Below, in pieces: positions 58,046 through 64,000 of a DNA stretch of 64,000 nucleotides. Every line of letters begins with the position of its first letter. The first letter of the stretch is position 1. The translations under genes and the position numbers were made by a program. The notes beneath the pieces were generated by a model. The model worked only from the letters and a program-made list of their open reading frames with translations. It ran no database searches and was not told where the DNA came from. Location: NCBI GenBank assembly GCA_965204535.1, contig CBDBEV010000001.1, positions 2,272,001-2,336,000 of the forward strand. Reading direction: 5' to 3'. This DNA is from a bacterium (GTDB lineage Bacteria; UBA8248).

Positions 58046-58280
58046 GTGGCGCATCTAACAGCAGATGCCGTCGTCATTGGTGGTGGCGTGATGGGATGTT
58101 CAATTGCCTATCAGTTGGCGAAACGAGGATGTGGAAAAATCATCCTATGTGAGCGAGATGATAGCGGATTTGATTATGACCGGAAATTGCGAGGAGCCTG
58201 ATATTAAAGACTATCGCATGACGCGTTTTGATGAAAGGTATTTGATGCAAAGTGGTTTCGGAACAGGGTTTCAGGATTGA
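58046..58280 (+). pseudogene. FAD-dependent oxidoreductase (DAO/sarcosine-oxidase-beta-like) with a large internal deletion
   Basis: AAGGAG RBS and GTG start give MAHLTADAVVIGGGVMGCSIAYQLAKRG..ILCER. This is joined out of frame to a C-terminus-like MIADLIMTG...DIKDYRMTRF. Confidence 0.75.
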
Positions 58281-58283
58281 AAA

Positions 58284-59063
58284 CTAGGACTTTGGTCTGG
58301 GGTACACTTCGATAAGAGGAAATAATTTTTTCGCATTTTCTTTTAAGCCAAAAAAGACAGGCCCGGCGGCTTTATCGCCAGTCGCGAGTTTCTGGAGATC
58401 GAGAGGAAGTCCATCTGGGTGATATGCACCTCCCCCTACTTCGTGTAATACGGCCATGGGGCCCAAGATATCCCAGATTTGGGGTCTATCGACCAATGCG
58501 GCGATGACGCCTCCGGTAGCTGCATACGCCACGTGTGCGGAAGCGCTTCCATAGGCAACGGATTTCCCTGGATAATCTATTTTATAAAAACGTTTTCGGG
58601 ACGAAGGCCCTAGCATGACGGTTTGATTGGTGATTTCCATATCCTTCAGATTTGGAAGTATCTTTCCGTTTCTTGTGGCGCCCTCTCTTTCGAGTGCAAG
58701 GAACATTTCATCAACTACGGGCATATAGAATCCTCCGGCGATGGGTTTCCCGTTTTCCATAACACCGATGGATACACCCCAGGTGGGCAGACCATTCAGA
58801 AATGGATTGGTGCCATCAATGGGGTCGATCGCCCAAAGACGAGGGTGCTTCTGGTGTTGCGTTTCTTCGCTTCCGAGTTCTTCTCCAATCACATTGTCAT
58901 TCGGGAATGATATTTTTAGGCATGAAAGAATGAATTTTTCTACTTCAAAGTCGGCCTCGCTCACCAAGCTCCGGTCTTGTTTTTGGACGCCTTTGGCATT
59001 GTTTGTGAACGTCAAGGCTAGTTTGCCTGCGTCTTTCAGGGTTTTTTCTATGAATTCAATCAT
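58284..59063 (-). CDS. Inositol monophosphatase family protein
   Basis: VSEAD, GEE, WAIDPIDGT and WDI motifs. Confidence 0.92.
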   Translation of the reverse strand: MIEFIEKTLKDAGKLALTFTNNAKGVQKQDRSLVSEADFEVEKFILSCLKISFPNDNVIGEELGSEETQHQKHPRLWAIDPIDGTNPFLNGLPTWGVSIGVMENGKPIAGGFYMPVVDEMFLALEREGATRNGKILPNLKDMEITNQTVMLGPSSRKRFYKIDYPGKSVAYGSASAHVAYAATGGVIAALVDRPQIWDILGPMAVLHEVGGGAYHPDGLPLDLQKLATGDKAAGPVFFGLKENAKKLFPLIEVYPRPKS

Positions 59064-59217
59064 GAAAGCACCAAACCCTTCGCCTGCATTGAGCGTGGAT
59101 ACATCACTATGGGGAGCAACCTATCTTGTGGAGTGAAAACTTTCCAGCCTTCCGGGGAAATCTCCCCAATCCATAAACCCGGCATCCATTTTGTTTTGAT
59201 TAGGATAAGATTTGCGC

Positions 59218-60639
59218 ATGGCTTTCTGGCGAACGGGAACGAAAAGATATGATTACACCAAAGGCCCCATCGGGCGAGGCTTGGTGGTTCTCTCCCTGCC
59301 GATTTTCGCGGAACTGATTTCTTGGAACATCGATACGATTGTTGAAATTTACTGGGTGGGCCGATTGGGCTCGGATGCGCTCGGAGCGATGTCCTTGGGC
59401 TACATGATTCCCATGATGGTGAGAGCGGCGGGCATGGGAATTCGGGTGGCAGGCCAAGCGTTGGTTGCGCAAAGAGTTGGCGCGAATGATGAGGAAGGCG
59501 CTGCTATAATCGCGGGCCAATGCATTTTGCTTCAAACGCTCTTCTTCATTCCCTTATGCAGCGTGGGATATATCTTCTCACCTTATTTCATGGGGTGGAT
59601 GACGTCTGATCCAAGGCTTTTATACTTGTCGACGATATATCTTCGGGCCGGGTTTCTCATGCTTTTGTTCGTTGACGGTATATTCACTCTTGCAAATATA
59701 TTCCGTGGTGCGGGTGAACCAAAATATTCGCTTTTGGGGATGATTATCAATTCAGGCGTTACATTCATCGCCATGCCCGCTTTTATTTTTGGTTTCGGAT
59801 TGATCCCCCCGCTTCATCTGGCCGGCGCGTATTTCGGTTTAGGTATTGGCAGGCTGGCAGGTTCCGTCGTGATGCTGATCATTCTTTTCAAGGGGAATGC
59901 CAGAATACACCTGAAGTGGCGTCATCTGATTCCGCGGTCCTCTGAGATGAAGCGCATTCTGGGACTGGGTTGGCCTGCTTGGGGGCAAATGTTTTTTGAG
60001 AGAGGCGCGAACTTGGTATTGGTATGGATGCTTGCTCCGTTTGGCGCGCTGGCACTTGCAGCATGGGGCCTTGGCAGTCGTGTCAACAATATGGGAAGAA
60101 TGCCCGGATTTTCCCTCCAGGGGGCTGTTCGTACGATGGTGGGCCAAAATATCGGCGCGAGAAAACCTGAGAGGGCCATACGCAGCGCTTGGGTGACGTT
60201 AGGGGCGGTTGTTTCCATCATGGTTGTCGTCATTACAGGTTTCGTTGTTTGGAGTAAGGAAGTCGTTACTTTTTTCGGGATAAAAGGCGCCGCGTTGCCC
60301 CACGCGGTGATTTGTCTACAAGTTTTGTGTGTAGGCCTTGGATTTGAGGCTACGAGGCGTGTAGTAGCGGGAATATTTGAAGGATCGTCATCTACCAGGC
60401 CTCCCATGATCGTTGAAGCAATCGTTCGCTGGGTCGTGCAGTTGCCGGGTGCCTATATGCTGGCGGTTTGGATGGGATTACAGGAACTGGGAATTTGGTG
60501 GGCAGTGGCGGCGAGTCAGCTCATCGGTGGTTTGGCGTTGTTCTTGTGGTTTGCGATTGGTTGGCGGCGGCGTATGGAAAGTATGGCAACAAAGGCCAAG
60601 TCATCTGCGCGGTCAAATTTTGAGTTTCATTCCTCATGA
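59218..60639 (+). CDS. MATE-family efflux transporter
   Basis: DYTKGPI, WVGRLG, VAQRVGA, FRGAGE and VGQNIGA motifs; about 12 TM helices. Confidence 0.9.
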   Translation: MAFWRTGTKRYDYTKGPIGRGLVVLSLPIFAELISWNIDTIVEIYWVGRLGSDALGAMSLGYMIPMMVRAAGMGIRVAGQALVAQRVGANDEEGAAIIAGQCILLQTLFFIPLCSVGYIFSPYFMGWMTSDPRLLYLSTIYLRAGFLMLLFVDGIFTLANIFRGAGEPKYSLLGMIINSGVTFIAMPAFIFGFGLIPPLHLAGAYFGLGIGRLAGSVVMLIILFKGNARIHLKWRHLIPRSSEMKRILGLGWPAWGQMFFERGANLVLVWMLAPFGALALAAWGLGSRVNNMGRMPGFSLQGAVRTMVGQNIGARKPERAIRSAWVTLGAVVSIMVVVITGFVVWSKEVVTFFGIKGAALPHAVICLQVLCVGLGFEATRRVVAGIFEGSSSTRPPMIVEAIVRWVVQLPGAYMLAVWMGLQELGIWWAVAASQLIGGLALFLWFAIGWRRRMESMATKAKSSARSNFEFHSS

Positions 60640-62012
60640 GACCCGAGAAGCGCTATGACTACACAAAAGGCTCAATTAGCCGTGGGCTGTTTCGCTTGGC
60701 TGTTCCCTCATGCCTGGAACCGATAGCCTGGAACGCCGACACACTCGTCGAAATCTTTTGGGTGGGGCGTTTGGGGCCCGAATATCTGGCAGCGGTGTCT
60801 TTGAGCTTTATGATCATCTTCTTTTTTCGTGCGATTGGTTTCGGCATCAGAATCGCGGGCAGCGCTTTGGTGGCACAGAGAATCGGAGCGAAAGAACCTG
60901 AACAAGCAAGCCACGCGGCAGGCCAAGCGTTTTTGCTTGCAGGCATCTATTACGTTGCCATCAGCATTCTGGGGTATATGCTGTCCTCGCATCTGCTTGG
61001 CCTTTTAACCTCTGACGCCAATGTGATGCGAGTTGGCGTTGGGTATTTGCAGGCATCGTTTCTCACCATCGCGTTCGTGGACGGTATTTTCACCGTCTCG
61101 CATATGTTGAAATCTTCCGGCGAACCTGGAAAGTCTCTGATCGGCCTTGGAGTTTCGACACTTTTGTCCATTACGTTCATCCCTCTCCTTGTTTTTGGTA
61201 TTGGGCCGTTGGCGGGGTTTGGACTTCCGGGTTCCGCCATTGGCATTGGAATAGGTCGCATCATTGGCATTTTTGTTGTTCTGTGGATTTTGACATCAGG
61301 ACATTCTCGCCTCCGTATCAGGTGGGTTCATCTCAAGCCCCATGCGCAAACCATGCGGCGCATCATTCATTTGGGATGGCCTGCAGCGGCACAAAATTTG
61401 CTTGAGCGCGGCGCTCTTCTCATATTACTGAAGATTTTGGCGTTGTTTGGGCCAGTGGTGTTAGCCGCATGGTCGATTGGAAATCGGCTAGGGACATTTT
61501 CACGATTGCCCGGTTTTGGAATTCAGTCCGCCGTCCGTACGATGGTGGGTCAAAACGTAGGCGCCAACCGGCCGGATCGGGCGCTAAAAAGCGTCTATCT
61601 TGCTATGGCTGGCTTGTTTGCCATTATGTGTGGCGTGACGTTTCTTTTGTATTTTTATGCAAGGGAAATTGTCTTGATCTTTGGAATGAAAAACGAGGGA
61701 ATCGATGTTGGTGTCATGTGTGTCCGTATACTCACCATCGGCACTTTGTTTGAAGCTATCCGGCGAATGTTGGCGGGTGCTTTTCAAGGAGCGGCGAACA
61801 CGAAGCCGCCTATGGTTGTGGAAGCCTTCATCCGGTGGGGTTTTCAGATCCCTCTTGCATATTTTGCCGCTTTGCCGTTGAGATTCGAAGCCTCTGGCGT
61901 ATGGGGCGCGATGACGATAAGTCATTTTATGGGTGGCGTATGCCTACTGGTTTGGTTCCTGGTTTGGAGCCGACGGAGAGGAATAGGCTCACATGCAGAA
62001 GCAAGATATTGA
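60636..62012 (+). CDS. MATE-family efflux transporter, tandem paralog
   Basis: Same motifs as the upstream MATE gene; ATGA overlap. Confidence 0.9.
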   Translation: MRPEKRYDYTKGSISRGLFRLAVPSCLEPIAWNADTLVEIFWVGRLGPEYLAAVSLSFMIIFFFRAIGFGIRIAGSALVAQRIGAKEPEQASHAAGQAFLLAGIYYVAISILGYMLSSHLLGLLTSDANVMRVGVGYLQASFLTIAFVDGIFTVSHMLKSSGEPGKSLIGLGVSTLLSITFIPLLVFGIGPLAGFGLPGSAIGIGIGRIIGIFVVLWILTSGHSRLRIRWVHLKPHAQTMRRIIHLGWPAAAQNLLERGALLILLKILALFGPVVLAAWSIGNRLGTFSRLPGFGIQSAVRTMVGQNVGANRPDRALKSVYLAMAGLFAIMCGVTFLLYFYAREIVLIFGMKNEGIDVGVMCVRILTIGTLFEAIRRMLAGAFQGAANTKPPMVVEAFIRWGFQIPLAYFAALPLRFEASGVWGAMTISHFMGGVCLLVWFLVWSRRRGIGSHAEARY

Positions 62013-62227
62013 TGTTAAGCAAAATGGGTTTCGCATGGGATGCTGGGTCAACGACAACCGATGGCGGGTGCACCAATGAGGTTGTGGCAACTCCTCACTC
62101 GCGCACGGCTGAAAATCGGTAGTATATGTGTGTGGTAGATATGAATATATGGTGAGACAATTTGACATTGGATTTATTCTTCACCTTGAAACTGGCTGGC
62201 ATAAAAGATGTTGAAAGCGAGAGACTC

Positions 62228-64000
62228 ATGAGCCGCAAAAAGGTTTGTCTTTATTCCATCTTGGTGATTTTGTTTTTTCTCTCATCTCTAGCATATGTGG
62301 CGGATGTTGCTTCAAGCGAAACAACAGAATCAAATGATTGGGCGATCGTTTTGCAAGATGCGACCCGATATATTCAAGGTGAAGGGAAAACACCAACTCT
62401 CACTCAGGGATATTTGTCCCTGGTGCGGCAAGTCCGCTCACGGGCATATGATGTTAAAACAAGATCCCAACAAGTACTCCTCCAGTCTGAAAAGTTACTC
62501 AATGCGATTGGCCCTCCTCCCGGAAAGGATAGCCCGCCAGAGGCGAGTGAAATAGCCGACAAAAGAGAGCGATACAAACGTCAAGTTACAACTGCCCGAG
62601 CGCGCATCGCTGAGGCTGACTTGGCCATTGTTCGTGCTGCGGAGTTGGAAGAATCTTTCTCCCGAGAGAGGTTCGAGCGGCTTTTGGGAGAAATTTACCG
62701 ACGTACGCCGATACCTATCGCACCGGGCGTGCTCGCAAAGGGCGTGCCGGCGATTGCGGTTGAAGTTCGAAGTATTCTCCGTTCTCCAGGGGATTGGTTC
62801 GCAAAACTACCTCCTGGAATTGGTGCCACCGCTGTATTTCTGCCCGGGATAGTGGTTTTGATTCTAGGCTTGTTTGTTGGGTGGGGAATACGGCGGAGCA
62901 TTTTGAGCATGTTCGGCCGCGACACCGGAATATTGGAGCCCTCATATGCGCGTAGGTTTAGCTCCGCCATCGCAGATGGCGTTGGCAACAGCATTTTGCC
63001 GGGAGCGGTTTTAGCAGCTCTTTATATATGGGTGACTCGACCGGGTGCTTTGGTGAGCGGTCTGTTTGCAGAAGCGCTCACGTCTTTTATTTTGGTCATT
63101 TTGTTATTTTGTTTGGTTGTTGCGTTTGTGAGGTCTTTTCTCTCCCCCGGTCAACCGGCTTGGCGGCTCACAGGACAATCTTCAGAGAATGCGCAAAGTG
63201 CTTATCGCTTGATTTTTCTTCTTGCGGCTGTTTTCTCAATCGACATGCTTTTTTCAAATCTTTGGGGCGAGGAGGGAGTTTCCGCTGATGCAGCGTCTAT
63301 ATATTCAGCGGTGTTTGGCACTCTGGAGGGCTGGATTTTTTTGAGGCTGGCACGAGAAGAACTCTGGCGAACTGAAACGTCTCAAGAGGGTGAAATCCCG
63401 CAGGAAGGACAGGCCTGGAAATTCACATGTCGCACAGCAAGAGTGCTTGCGCTAATCGGCATTGCGGCGTTGTTTGTCGGATATGGCGCTTTTGGCAAAC
63501 GGCTTCTCACAAGCCTTATTTGGACTGGTCTTTTGCTGTGGATAGTAGTTCTGTTGCGTGGCCTCATCCACGAATTGGTATCCTGGTCGACTAAATCCGA
63601 ATCCATACCAGACAAACTCCATATTCCTTCCCGCATGATTGAAAGATTCCGTTCCTGGTGGCGAGTCATTGTCGATCCTGTTGTTTTCCTTTGCGGCATC
63701 CTCATTATCGTGCCTGTTTGGGGAGTGCCGCCGGGTGATCTGATTCGCTGGACGCTCCAGGTATTATCCGGGTTCCAGGTGGGGAGCATTCGCATCTCTA
63801 TCATCGATATTTTCCTGGCTATCGCCGTATTCTTTTTCGCCATGGCCGGAGCAAGGTTCCTGCAAAGGCAGTTGTCCGAGCGGATTCTGGAGCAGACGAG
63901 TTTGCCTGCAGGTATACGCCACTCCCTGAATGCAGGGTTCGGTTATGCGGGTGTAATCATTGCGGCGTTATTGAGTATTTCGGTGACGGGAATCGATCTC
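62228..64000 (+). CDS. Large MscS-family mechanosensitive channel (DUF3772-type N-terminus), 3'-truncated
   Basis: Absent from the ORF track, as expected for a frame with no stop in the window. Signal peptide, IGPPP..PPEA motif and many TM helices; ends ...AGIRHSL..GFGYAGVIIAALLSISVTGIDL (MscS TM1-2). Both ends are in frame. Confidence 0.8.
   Translation, partial: MSRKKVCLYSILVILFFLSSLAYVADVASSETTESNDWAIVLQDATRYIQGEGKTPTLTQGYLSLVRQVRSRAYDVKTRSQQVLLQSEKLLNAIGPPPGKDSPPEASEIADKRERYKRQVTTARARIAEADLAIVRAAELEESFSRERFERLLGEIYRRTPIPIAPGVLAKGVPAIAVEVRSILRSPGDWFAKLPPGIGATAVFLPGIVVLILGLFVGWGIRRSILSMFGRDTGILEPSYARRFSSAIADGVGNSILPGAVLAALYIWVTRPGALVSGLFAEALTSFILVILLFCLVVAFVRSFLSPGQPAWRLTGQSSENAQSAYRLIFLLAAVFSIDMLFSNLWGEEGVSADAASIYSAVFGTLEGWIFLRLAREELWRTETSQEGEIPQEGQAWKFTCRTARVLALIGIAALFVGYGAFGKRLLTSLIWTGLLLWIVVLLRGLIHELVSWSTKSESIPDKLHIPSRMIERFRSWWRVIVDPVVFLCGILIIVPVWGVPPGDLIRWTLQVLSGFQVGSIRISIIDIFLAIAVFFFAMAGARFLQRQLSERILEQTSLPAGIRHSLNAGFGYAGVIIAALLSISVTGIDL

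Overview
A 64-kb bacterial window with no rRNA, tRNA, CRISPR array or transposase that I could recognise. The GC-rich left part (~1-41 kb) holds uptake and catabolism genes: two tripartite tricarboxylate transporter (TctABC) sets, a complete urtABCDE-ureABCEFGD urea uptake/urease operon, several amidohydrolases and an amidase, two MetE-C-terminal-like proteins, hsp20, two toxin-antitoxin loci and a 1367-aa autotransporter. These genes are separated by six mosaics of palindromic repeats (GTAG-type REPs, REPIN-like hairpins, MITE-like ends). The right part (~42-64 kb) looks less GC-rich by eye and lacks the mosaics. The main signal is selenium recoding: two genes that the ORF track cuts short read through an in-frame TGA at a catalytic-Cys position and have SECIS-like hairpins. 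They are a UGSC-motif selenoprotein (46505-47035, ...ALGG-U-GSCTLC...) and an O6-methylguanine-DNA methyltransferase with PUHRV instead of PCHRV (50307-50858). The UGSC gene lies near four tandem paralogs of an uncharacterised ~340-aa 'WSDGLPV' family, an orphan molybdo-hydroxylase large subunit, crotonases, an atypical acyl-CoA dehydrogenase and a thiol dioxygenase. This is a candidate undescribed selenium-dependent redox/catabolic system. Also seen: a higB toxin remnant abutting a repeat mosaic, an internally deleted FAD-oxidase pseudogene and a HAIR-like operator before hsp20. Product calls come from motif recognition only; no database searches were run.
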